Virus record (IMG/VR): IMGVR_UViG_3300038315_000612
Location: 1-53,983 of that record
DNA from: a virus
Lineage: Duplodnaviria; Caudoviricetes
Strand: one strand, 5' to 3'
DNA: 53,983 bases
Part shown: positions 27,764 to 36,153 of the stretch, one piece after another
Layout of the letters: each line of letters begins with the position of its first letter
Position numbering within the stretch: the first letter of the stretch is position 1
Position numbers and translations under genes: made by a program
The notes under the pieces: model-generated
Told to the model about the DNA's origin: nothing
Databases searched by the model: none
Seen by the model: the letters and a program-made list of their open reading frames with translations, nothing else

Positions 27764-30136
27764 TCAGATGGCTGACTTCACTTGGTTTGCGTCAAACACA
27801 ATCCAAGAGTCTTGATCCTGGCCCTTCAGTGATCCCTCGCCTCGGTTTTTATATACGATTCCATCGTAGCCGTTTTTGCGAAGAAACTCTTGTACTGGCG
27901 CAGCATCTCCCCATGAAGCGTCAGAAATAAGACCCTCTCGCCCACCGCTCCATAAGGACCAATCAAGATCTGGGTCATCAGCTATATGCCTCGCCACAGA
28001 CTCCGTGTCCCAATCGTCAATCATGTCTGGCATGCTGTATGGATTTTCAATGTTCAGGTGTACTGGAATTACCCTTGGCCCATGCTTCTCTGGCTCTTTC
28101 CAGGCGCCGGGCTGGCCCCACGCCTCTGCCTTAACTTTTGCTCGATAGCCCGCCTGGTCTGCCGTCCCAAAGTGAGCGCCCATATCTGAAAGAGTATCAA
28201 CTTCCTCTATTGGAAACTCATGGATTGTCCCATGATAAACAACCATAGGCTCCCCAGACTCATCAACTACTTTCGTCTTGGGTGCCCATTCCCTAGCTGC
28301 TGTTTTGGCTGGCTGAGCAACCTTCACCCCAGGACGAGCGTACCCAGGCTGAACTCTCATTAGTTTATCGTACCAATCCTCACTATCAACGTACTTAAGA
28401 AGCTTTTGAAGGCTCACTCTTGCGTCATCGAAGCGCCACTCGCCAAAAGCAATCGCCGCGTCATTCGCAAGCATCTGAACTTCATTGTAAACAGGAAGCG
28501 TTCTGTGCGCGTCTGCATACTCTTGCCCTAAGCGGCGCATCTCTTCCCTAGCTTGATCAAGAGTTAGCCCACTTTCCTTTATTTGACCTAGGTTTTCCCT
28601 AAGCTGCATCTCAATGGAATCTTCCATTAGGTGGATATCACTGAGGGCACTATGAATCTTTGGCTTCAACCATGCTTCGGGGGCGTGGTGAGACGCCTTC
28701 CTTGACATTCTGGTGATAACGTCACCAACATTCTCTGCGGCACCATTATAGGCTGGCGAAAATTGGTTGCTTCTTTGTAGCTTAAGCATTGTCTCTTCCG
28801 GCAGGCCACGCTGTGCATGAGCAACCTGGTCAAGCGCTTCCGCCACCTGCTCTTCCGTCTTAATTGGCGGCATTTTCGAACCAGCCCGCCTCCACTTCTC
28901 ATGGAGCCCGTACCACATAAACTCCTTATCCTCTGGGCTTGTAAGTCTGCTTGTTGAAAAATATGGTGACTCCCAACCCTTAACATCGGCTTCTCTAGCT
29001 GCTGTTTTGGCTGCCTGGGCGGGCTTGGTTTTCGGTACAGGAGGCGACTTTGTTAGCTTGGCAGCGTATCCATCAGCGAACCTAGCGAACTCATCCACAT
29101 GTTCAAATATATAAGTCTTTATCTCTCTGGCATTCTCCCACTCAACCCAAGGGAGAATCTCCTTAAGCTCCTCTCTAGATTTCTGGCTTATACCCTCTAA
29201 GTCCGGGTCGCTAAGAATGTCATCCATAGATGGGCCTATGCGCACCTTCTTCTTAGGATTCTCAACAAACTGCTCAGCGGCCTCTCTAACCCACGTACCT
29301 TCTAACAAGGAGTCTGTAAGGTTATCCATTTTGATGGCGATAGAAGTGTGTATAAGATCTCTATCTCCATAATCTGTAATTCTATTGATGGGATTACCAT
29401 TTCCGAAACTATCAATGAACTTCTCCATCTTCCGGTCGTACGCGGGCGTAGTGTAGTTCAACTTGGTTCTGTCCCAGGTATTAAAATCAATATCGCCAGA
29501 TTTAAGCGTCTTCGCCGCTAGTTCAAGTGTCCCCCAAGACTTGTCCCCAGCTTTAATCATCCGCATAAGATCAGCGGGAAGCCCGATGTAGGGGATCATC
29601 CCCATGGCCCCCAAAACCATTCCAGGAATGTCTCTCTCTGCTACAGCCTTTGCCATGTAGCCTGCGCTGATGGGGATATCTGCTGGAGTTTGGCTCGCTG
29701 CTAGTTCAGCGCCAAGCCTAAGAATGTCTGTCCCCTCCTCTGGAGTAATACCCTCCATACCAGCCGTAATGGGCTCCTCTGGAGGATAGGCTGCTCTTGC
29801 TACTTCAGACACTTCTGCTGGTGGCTCCCTTGGGATCGGAGCCATCTTCGGATCTTCCAGCCCCATCCATTGCCTGGAGGGATCCAACGCCTCATAGGCT
29901 GGACGCTGGGGCTCCGAAGGAGCCTCAAATTCTCTAGCATCCAATTCCTTTTGGATCTTGTCTCTAAGACCGCTGTGAGCTTCTAGCTGGGAGCCAACAT
30001 CTGCCTTCTTGCTGGCCATGGAACCCTTGGTACCGGCAGCATCGAGCTTAGCGGTGAACCCTACAATATCAGCATCAAGCTTATCCCTAGCAGAGGTAAG
30101 CTCTTCTGTTGATTTGTTCTTGAAGGCGGTCGCCAT
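27764..30136 (-). CDS. Polyvalent protein with C-terminal ADP-ribosyltransferase-like (ART-PolyVal-like) domain, 790 aa
   Basis: KVVDESGEPMVVYHGT..HFGT..VIPVHLNIENP..GYDGIVYKN..SWIVFDANQVKSA. Confidence 0.75.
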   Translation of the reverse strand: MATAFKNKSTEELTSARDKLDADIVGFTAKLDAAGTKGSMASKKADVGSQLEAHSGLRDKIQKELDAREFEAPSEPQRPAYEALDPSRQWMGLEDPKMAPIPREPPAEVSEVARAAYPPEEPITAGMEGITPEEGTDILRLGAELAASQTPADIPISAGYMAKAVAERDIPGMVLGAMGMIPYIGLPADLMRMIKAGDKSWGTLELAAKTLKSGDIDFNTWDRTKLNYTTPAYDRKMEKFIDSFGNGNPINRITDYGDRDLIHTSIAIKMDNLTDSLLEGTWVREAAEQFVENPKKKVRIGPSMDDILSDPDLEGISQKSREELKEILPWVEWENAREIKTYIFEHVDEFARFADGYAAKLTKSPPVPKTKPAQAAKTAAREADVKGWESPYFSTSRLTSPEDKEFMWYGLHEKWRRAGSKMPPIKTEEQVAEALDQVAHAQRGLPEETMLKLQRSNQFSPAYNGAAENVGDVITRMSRKASHHAPEAWLKPKIHSALSDIHLMEDSIEMQLRENLGQIKESGLTLDQAREEMRRLGQEYADAHRTLPVYNEVQMLANDAAIAFGEWRFDDARVSLQKLLKYVDSEDWYDKLMRVQPGYARPGVKVAQPAKTAAREWAPKTKVVDESGEPMVVYHGTIHEFPIEEVDTLSDMGAHFGTADQAGYRAKVKAEAWGQPGAWKEPEKHGPRVIPVHLNIENPYSMPDMIDDWDTESVARHIADDPDLDWSLWSGGREGLISDASWGDAAPVQEFLRKNGYDGIVYKNRGEGSLKGQDQDSWIVFDANQVKSAI
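28293..29013. repeat. 19-bp exact direct repeat (28293-28311, 28995-29013) flanking a 234-codon module
   Basis: CTAGCTGCTGTTTTGGCTG occurs twice, 702 bp apart, both in the AKTAARE linker. Confidence 0.9.
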
Positions 30137-30139
30137 GGA

Positions 30140-30937
30140 TCACCTAAGGTCAGCATCCAGGTCTGTGCTTTCTTCTACGTCCATTTCCAGGACGCCAATC
30201 GCAACGTCAATGCGGTCAAGGAGATCATACTTAGCTTCAAGTCCTGCGCCCGCCGCTATCTTCTCTTCTGCTAGTGCCCTACCTTTTTCTGTTTGCGTAT
30301 TGACTGGCCCAAGCTGATCAAGCATAGCTTGGTCGTTTGCAATTGATTGCTCTAGTGCGCTCTTTCCCTGGAGAAGCTCCTCAAGGCTCTTGTCTGACAG
30401 GGCCTTGCCTACGTTTTGCTTTGGTAGCTCAAACCCAATGGGCGGAATCGGATCCAGATCGGTCGGGTAGCCCTCTAGACCCGCCGCTTTATACCTCTTG
30501 CGCTGAGCAGAAGAGAGGGGGTAGCCGGTTGCCAGTGCAGCCGCCTTAAGTTGCGGTTCGTGCTGCGCCAACGTACTGAACGGCCCCGCCAAGAGATCGA
30601 ACTTAGTAAATCCGTAGCGCTCACCGACTTTAGCGAATGTCTCATCATCGAGCCCCAGTAAATGCTCTTGGTACTGGATCGCCTTCTCGTCAACGGTTTC
30701 GGGATCTCGCAAGTCTCGATACCGCTTCTCCTCCGTGAAGGTTTTTTCTTCTGGTTTCTTCTTTTCCTTGGCTTCCTTTTTTCGTCTAAGCTCAAGCGAT
30801 TCCTGCCTACGAATATCTGCTTCCGTTCGCAAGTCTTTTTCCATCCACTCTTTAAACATTGGTGGCGCCGACTCACGATCCATTCTTTCAGGGATAACAT
30901 CAACCTTCTCGGCCTCTTTTTTCTCGTACTTCGCCAT
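30140..30937 (-). CDS. Charged hypothetical protein, 265 aa
   Basis: GAGG SD, in operon with its neighbours. Confidence 0.7.
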   Translation of the reverse strand: MAKYEKKEAEKVDVIPERMDRESAPPMFKEWMEKDLRTEADIRRQESLELRRKKEAKEKKKPEEKTFTEEKRYRDLRDPETVDEKAIQYQEHLLGLDDETFAKVGERYGFTKFDLLAGPFSTLAQHEPQLKAAALATGYPLSSAQRKRYKAAGLEGYPTDLDPIPPIGFELPKQNVGKALSDKSLEELLQGKSALEQSIANDQAMLDQLGPVNTQTEKGRALAEEKIAAGAGLEAKYDLLDRIDVAIGVLEMDVEESTDLDADLR

Positions 30938-30946
30938 GATAAACCT

Positions 30947-31309
30947 CTATGAGCATACGAGGCGTACTGCTACGCCTGCGCTGGGTGCTGTATCGTCTGT
31001 ATCTGTTGGATTCCGCACGCAAACCATGCTCAAACCAACATCAAATGCGTATCCTTGGTCGATAATCAGACAATCTACGGTGCTTGCAGGCACCAAATAG
31101 ACTAAATCCGCTACATCAGACGCAAGACTCACAACAATCTTGTTGAAGAGCTTAATGTAGACATTGTGAGCGTTCCCGTTGTTCACAAACAACGTATACA
31201 ACGTGCCCGTTGTACCAAGAACATCAGTCTGAACTGTATTGGACAAGGCAGTGTCTACAATAAGCTTGGTAGCGATGGCTACGTGGCGATCAGTGGTGGT
31301 AGTTGCCAT
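30947..31309 (-). CDS. Small beta-rich putative structural protein, 120 aa (paralog of 31319-31690)
   Basis: AGGA SD. V.N..N..YxKx(F/Y)N..GxxF..xLS pattern shared with the neighbour. Confidence 0.65.
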   Translation of the reverse strand: MATTTTDRHVAIATKLIVDTALSNTVQTDVLGTTGTLYTLFVNNGNAHNVYIKLFNKIVVSLASDVADLVYLVPASTVDCLIIDQGYAFDVGLSMVCVRNPTDTDDTAPSAGVAVRLVCS

Positions 31310-31318
31310 GTCTTCTTC

Positions 31319-31690
31319 CTATGATGTAATGATTCTGACGTTAACCCCAGACAGGGCAGAGTTGCCAGTCGTTCCGCCCAAGGTAACCACGCAAAAGCTG
31401 AGGTCTGTGGCGAATGTCATGCCCTTCAGAAAGGTAAATGTCCTCTTGGCTCCACCACGAACCTCGCCAATAAAGTCTGGAGCATTGCTCCCGAACGTAG
31501 GCGCAGCCACGTTGTAGATCTTGAAGTAGCAATCAGTAGACGTATTGGCTGTGTTGTCCACTTCCGCCATAAACACATCGGATGTGCCACCAATGAGACC
31601 CTTTTGGTCAGCATCAACTCCAGCAGCAATCTTAGTGATCATCCGACCACCAATCTTGGATGTCATCGTCGCAGTAGTAATCGCAGCCAT
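31319..31690 (-). CDS. Small beta-rich putative structural protein, 123 aa
   Basis: VDNTAN..YFKIYN..APDF..GMTFATDLSFCV. Paralog of the downstream gene. Confidence 0.65.
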   Translation of the reverse strand: MAAITTATMTSKIGGRMITKIAAGVDADQKGLIGGTSDVFMAEVDNTANTSTDCYFKIYNVAAPTFGSNAPDFIGEVRGGAKRTFTFLKGMTFATDLSFCVVTLGGTTGNSALSGVNVRIITS

Positions 31691-31693
31691 TTT

Positions 31694-32068
31694 CTATTCC
31701 CCAGAAATACGTGTGTAAAAGTCTGACGCAACCTCATAGCTCTCTTCTAAGACAACGGAAACCCTTTCAAGCTCCCTCACTCCTGAATCATAGAGCATGT
31801 CAACTACCTTGAGAAGGTCAGATACTTTCTCCATGTCATGAACATCTACGACAGGAACCCAAACCATCTCGTTGTCTTTTCTGTCTACAATCTCAAATCT
31901 CCTAGTCCTTGCCCGCCAACGATAGGGGAGAGTCACACCATCTTCATCTTTCACATATGCATCTATGTGCAAACCCATGTCGTTAAACATTGCCTGAAGA
32001 GTGCTGATCAATATGAGATTCTTCTTTGCTATATCTGCAAACTTCTTGCTTTGCTCAATTGCCTTCAC
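31694..32068 (-). CDS. Hypothetical protein, 124 aa (first gene of the late block)
   Basis: GTG start with AGGAGGAAGGA SD. Confidence 0.7.
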   Translation of the reverse strand: MKAIEQSKKFADIAKKNLILISTLQAMFNDMGLHIDAYVKDEDGVTLPYRWRARTRRFEIVDRKDNEMVWVPVVDVHDMEKVSDLLKVVDMLYDSGVRELERVSVVLEESYEVASDFYTRISGE

Positions 32069-32097
32069 GGTATCCTTCCTCCTGTGCTGAGCACCTT

Positions 32098-32270
32098 ATA
32101 CTACTAGTAACTAACTAGTATCTATACCTACTAGTACTCTCTCTCCCCAAAGAGAGAGAGTATATTATCTATTACTACTACTACCTATTACTACTATTCT
32201 ACTAGAATACATTACTACATTATCTAAGTATATTAACTAACACTTAGTTAACTAACTAGTAATATAGTTA
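32098..32270. repeat. CTA/TAG-rich low-complexity tract with 11-bp hairpin (32135-32162)
   Basis: Repeated CTACTAGTA/CTAACTAGTA and TACTCTCTCTC-cccaaa-GAGAGAGAGTA. Confidence 0.8.
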
Positions 32271-32338
32271 ATGCTGGCTGTCAAGAAATAAGTTCAAGAA
32301 CTTGCAAGCGTGCCAAGTGAAATAGGATTTTTTTTAAG

Positions 32339-32406
32339 GAGGGGGTTGTATTTAAGCTAGTAAAGCCCCCCGGGGGGGGAGGCCCCCCCTCCATGCTATG
32401 GGGGGC
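32339..32406. other. G/C homopolymer palindromic cluster, candidate packaging/terminus signal
   Basis: CCCCCCGGGGGGGGAGGCCCCCCC..GGGGGG embedded in AT-rich non-coding DNA upstream of the late block. Function is inferred. Confidence 0.35.
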
Positions 32407-32965
32407 TAATATGTTATGCATATATAGTATAGGGTATGTTCTATTCCTTAGTACTATGGCAGGAATGTATAGCTATTCTGATTCTATGTTCTAAGGGATT
32501 GTAGCTATTTGTATAGGTGTCACATTCATAGAGATACAAAGGAGTAAACAATAGGTACAAAGACATAGCGATTGAACTAAGGAAGACACAGCCCCCCTCC
32601 CCCTACCCCCTGGACCACCTCACAATCCCGACAAGGCCAAGCCAGGCTACCCCGGCATCCTGGGGTAAGGACACCGCCTACTTTTGGCGTTTGCTGGGCG
32701 CTGAAGGGGTCCACAGGGCCTCGGAGGCCAATTCTGGTACGTAGGTAGCCCCCCTCCCCCCGCAGAATGGATTGCAGGGGCCTTAGAACGCCAGCAAGGC
32801 TCCCCAGTCGAGTACACCAGTGGTAGCCGTCGGGCTCTGCCAGGTACGGCGGTAGCCACTGGCAATTGCTGCAGCTTGCGGTGTTCCGGGTAGGGCTACC
32901 TCGAGTAGTCCCCTCAAAACCAAGCGCAAGCTGCGGCCAAAACCAGACCGGGTAGTTCAGAACGT

Positions 32966-32998
32966 AAAAAACCCCCGAGGCCGAAGCCCCGAGGGTTT
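32966..32998 (-). terminator. Intrinsic terminator of the 33021-33851 gene
   Basis: AAACCCTCGGGGC-TTCG-GCCTCGGGGG-TTTTTT with a cUUCGg tetraloop. Confidence 0.9.
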
Positions 32999-33020
32999 AG
33001 TGCTACAGAGCTTGTCTTGG

Positions 33021-33851
33021 CTAACCAGCAAGGGCCTTGGCAATCTCCTGGGCTACCAGAGCCTGGACCATAGCTGAAAGGCCAGTGGATGCCTCCGGTG
33101 CCTCTGGTGCCTCTGGAGTCTCCTCTATGGTCTTGTGTAGGGACCATGAGCCAGTCTGGTTTCGTCGCTGGTTCAGAGTGGCCTTCAAAGCTGCACGGCA
33201 ATGCTCCAAGCTCTTGGGTCCAAACCGCTCGTTACACCGGTGTCGGAATTCGCCAGTTTTGGCATCAGAACCGTTCAAGCTCTGGACATACTCAACAGCA
33301 AACGACTGGACCGCTCCGGCCATGCTCTGACCATTCAGAGCTTGCCGTGCTTTCACTTCCTCCACCAGGTCCTTGCAGAGCTTGGCTGTAGAGGTACCTC
33401 GAGACTCGTAGTCCCCCTCCGTTGCAAAGGTGCGCAATTCATTGATTGACATACCCCCCAAACGGTCTTCAATGGTAGCCACTTGGGCAGTGGGTTTAGA
33501 GCCTGGATTCACCGGACCATTGTTGGTATTGGCCTTGGTTTCCTGGACCACCTCCCCAGTGGAATGTGGAAGCAGGACAATACCCAATTTATCCAACGCG
33601 GAAGCATTAAAGCCCGCCAACTTGTATGCCACTGACCATTCCGGATTTGTCCAGTCATCAAGAGGGTTATCGTCCAATTCATCGGCATATACATATCCGC
33701 CCTTGTTTCGGCACAAAACATCTAGAACCTCACCAGAGGCGAGAAGGCTAGCCAATTGCTCGGCCGTCTTGACCGGTGTCCCGTCAAGGTTTTGCAAGGG
33801 TGACTGTGAATAGATGCAAGTTAGTGGGGATACTTTTGTTCGTTTTGCCAT
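33021..33851 (-). CDS. Monocistronic hypothetical early protein, 276 aa
   Basis: Has its own promoter and terminator and an AAGGA SD. Contains LGGMSINELRTFA (HeH/Rho-N-like) and a PEAPEAPEA repeat. Confidence 0.75.
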   Translation of the reverse strand: MAKRTKVSPLTCIYSQSPLQNLDGTPVKTAEQLASLLASGEVLDVLCRNKGGYVYADELDDNPLDDWTNPEWSVAYKLAGFNASALDKLGIVLLPHSTGEVVQETKANTNNGPVNPGSKPTAQVATIEDRLGGMSINELRTFATEGDYESRGTSTAKLCKDLVEEVKARQALNGQSMAGAVQSFAVEYVQSLNGSDAKTGEFRHRCNERFGPKSLEHCRAALKATLNQRRNQTGSWSLHKTIEETPEAPEAPEASTGLSAMVQALVAQEIAKALAG

Positions 33852-33922
33852 GGTAGTTACGTTTCCTTGTTTTTTCGCACTATTTCATTGCCCTCCCGAG
33901 AACATCCTCGAGAGGAAGCACC

Positions 33923-33953
33923 ACAGTAGCACCATCTGGCCTTTACGTGTCAA
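33923..33953 (-). promoter_or_regulatory. Sigma70-like promoter
   Basis: TTGACA-N16-TGC-TACTGT (19-nt spacer, extended -10). Confidence 0.65.
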
Positions 33954-34322
33954 GACCAGTACCCACAGCGGTATCGTCACGTCCAAATACGCACCGTTCA
34001 ATGCCTACTCTCGTTGAGTACGAAAATTTGTAAATTCTTTGGCGAAACGATAGTGCTCCGCTCTAACAATAGACTCGGTTTGTGTCCCATCTAACAGCCT
34101 TCCTATAGCTGTGTGCTTAGGTACCTATATCAATCATTGTTTTATGTAAGCAGTACTGTATGCAATATCAGTGTGATAAATGAATATCATATGATAGAAC
34201 TAAAAAACAAATACCATACCATTCATCAGAACAAAGTGATTCAGATATCAAATGATATTGAATAGAGTACGCGCGCGCTGCCAGCAAATACATTCTATGT
34301 ATTACACAAAGTAACAGACAAT

Positions 34323-34355
34323 AAAAAACCCCCCGGCAGTATTACCGGAGGGCTT
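34323..34355 (-). terminator. Intrinsic terminator ending the early operon
   Basis: GCCCTCCGGTA-atac-TGCCGGGGGG-TTTTTT. Confidence 0.85.
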
Positions 34356-34392
34356 AGTGTTCGATTGACTAATGTTTCCCCTTACGGGGGAC

Positions 34393-34719
34393 TCATTTAT
34401 AGCATACCTTTAAGGCCAGTGGAGGCCTTATAGCATCGACCCTATAGGTTTCCCTACCTTTGGTCTTAGGATGCCTCCTATGCCTAAACTCATGATGCCA
34501 TGAAGCAAAGAGCGGATTGTATATTGTGCCCATGTATTGCCATACCTCACCGCTATCCGTATCCTCTGCTGCCATTGGGTCGGGCAGCATAGAGTTTAGT
34601 ATTGCATCAGATAGCTTATCCCACGCCACAAACCATTCATTAGTGTTCTCCTTCATAAAGGCAACACTAATACCAGGTGATTCATGGTAATAAGAATCAA
34701 TAACAGTTGTTGTACTCAT
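34393..34719 (-). CDS. Hypothetical protein, ~108 aa
   Basis: AAGGA SD before MSTTTV. Contains GEVWQYMGT..HEFRHRRHP. Confidence 0.7.
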   Translation of the reverse strand: MSTTTVIDSYYHESPGISVAFMKENTNEWFVAWDKLSDAILNSMLPDPMAAEDTDSGEVWQYMGTIYNPLFASWHHEFRHRRHPKTKGRETYRVDAIRPPLALKVCYK

Positions 34720-34720
34720 G

Positions 34721-35299
34721 TTAATCAATCCTTACAGGCATGATAATAAACTGTACATCAGAGATACCAGTCTCAACATCTGGATTATGAACCAATCGCC
34801 ATACCACTGGGCTCAATGGTCCACTAAACCTTGCCATCCATTGATTCCTATAGGTAGGTAGCTTCAATGCCTTGCCTATCTTGCCAAGCATTGCCAGGTA
34901 CTGTGGGTCAAAGCCAACAATGCCACTGGTAGTGCTTGTATCGTCTGGGTTTGGCAATACACTCTCATAGTCTGGAAGGTCAACCGCATAGCAGAAGTCT
35001 AACTCTGGCTTGTAGTGACCCTTGCTTGCAATGTATTGCTTTACCTCATCGCCTTCAATGAAGCATACACCGCCTGTATCCTCATCAAATACATAGTCAA
35101 TAATGAGCATGCAATGCCCATTGGTTGCCACGAACCGGGTAAGCCCAGAATACCGCTCTGGTGGCTTTGGCTTAATGGCGATACCATAGATGTACCCACC
35201 CCTGCTCTTTGCTTCCTTGTGGGTAGCAATGGGAGCCAATGCCTTCATGATATCGAAGGGCAAGGTGTACGTTGCTTGTGATTCTTTAATTGCGTTCAT
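34721..35299 (-). CDS. Truncated DNA polymerase III beta-clamp (DnaN)-like protein, 192 aa
   Basis: DnaN-like motifs in order: YIYGI, FVATNGHCM, LPDYESVLP, GFDPQYL, FSGPLSPV and terminal FIIMPVRI. Confidence 0.75.
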   Translation of the reverse strand: MNAIKESQATYTLPFDIMKALAPIATHKEAKSRGGYIYGIAIKPKPPERYSGLTRFVATNGHCMLIIDYVFDEDTGGVCFIEGDEVKQYIASKGHYKPELDFCYAVDLPDYESVLPNPDDTSTTSGIVGFDPQYLAMLGKIGKALKLPTYRNQWMARFSGPLSPVVWRLVHNPDVETGISDVQFIIMPVRID

Positions 35300-35308
35300 T
35301 GTTTTACC

Positions 35309-35710
35309 TTAGTAGCTGGTTCTTGAATCATAGTTGGGTGTAGTGTGCTGCTGTTTTCCTGCCGATAGATACCTCCGGTATCGAGTAAGTGTTTCCATTT
35401 GAAGTGGGCATTTACGTTCGTAATAAGAGTCATGTGGACCAGCATTGCGAAGCTGAATGCTATTCATAGGTTGAATCATTGCCAACCCCTCAACTTTACA
35501 CCCAATGAATTGAGATATATAACTAAAACAATTTTCTCCATAGACAATGACAAATGATACTTCATCTAAGTCCTTGCCCTCATACACTCCAAGGTCATAC
35601 TCACGACCCCTGTAAACATATGAGCCAAGGTAGATGCAATGCGACCACAAATCGTGGTGGTCACCATGAAACTTCTTGTCGCCATCAAATATATTGTATT
35701 GATTCTTCAT
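35309..35710 (-). CDS. Hypothetical protein, ~133 aa
   Basis: ATGA overlap with the upstream gene and AGGAG SD. Confidence 0.7.
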   Translation of the reverse strand: MKNQYNIFDGDKKFHGDHHDLWSHCIYLGSYVYRGREYDLGVYEGKDLDEVSFVIVYGENCFSYISQFIGCKVEGLAMIQPMNSIQLRNAGPHDSYYERKCPLQMETLTRYRRYLSAGKQQHTTPNYDSRTSY

Positions 35711-35898
35711 TCCCATTCTCCTATTGAATGATCCACTTCATGGTTCACATCGGAACCAATCAGTTCAATTGCTTTGCTTGGTTCATATCCAGACTCATAC
35801 AATACTTCCCAACCCTGGATACCAGAGTTAACACTGGTAGAACCAGTGCTATCGAGAAGCATCTCGTCTATTACCTCAAGCCATTGATACAGTGTCAT
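35707..35898 (-). CDS. Small acidic hypothetical protein, 63 aa
   Basis: GAGGG SD and ACAATG start context shared with other early genes. Confidence 0.7.
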   Translation of the reverse strand: MTLYQWLEVIDEMLLDSTGSTSVNSGIQGWEVLYESGYEPSKAIELIGSDVNHEVDHSIGEWE

Positions 35899-35902
35899 TG
35901 TT

Positions 35903-36076
35903 TTATTCCCTCTCTTGCTTTTGTTCTGCTAAAAATTCCCAGGTCTTTGCTTCTCCGTTCTCTACCAACACGAACCATGCAACCATCTGGGTATCACCAT
36001 CGCCCCGGATAGCCCCCGCAATGAGCATCACATCGAACAGTGGTACCCTTATACTCTTATTAAAAATACATTCCAT
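35903..36076 (-). CDS. Hypothetical protein, 57 aa (start MECIFNK)
   Basis: ATG lies at the end of repeat element copy A, with GAGG SD. Confidence 0.65.
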   Translation of the reverse strand: MECIFNKSIRVPLFDVMLIAGAIRGDGDTQMVAWFVLVENGEAKTWEFLAEQKQERE

Positions 36077-36153
36077 TGTTTTATACCTCTTGATGCTTGG
36101 TTGATTGCATCCATTGACTACCGGACTGCCGGTAGCCAGTAGGGCAATCAACC
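36074..36153 (-). repeat. Stop-hairpin-RBS element, copy A (most diverged)
   Basis: GGTTGATTGCCCTACTGGCTACCGG-cagt-CCGGTAGTCAATGGATGCAATCAACCAAGCATCAAGAGGTATAAAACAATG. Confidence 0.85.

Noticed and set aside
32647-32865. 72-aa ORF in the control region
   Set aside because: It lies downstream of a strong terminator, has no evident SD, and has a Pro/Arg-rich composition typical of spurious GC-rich frames.
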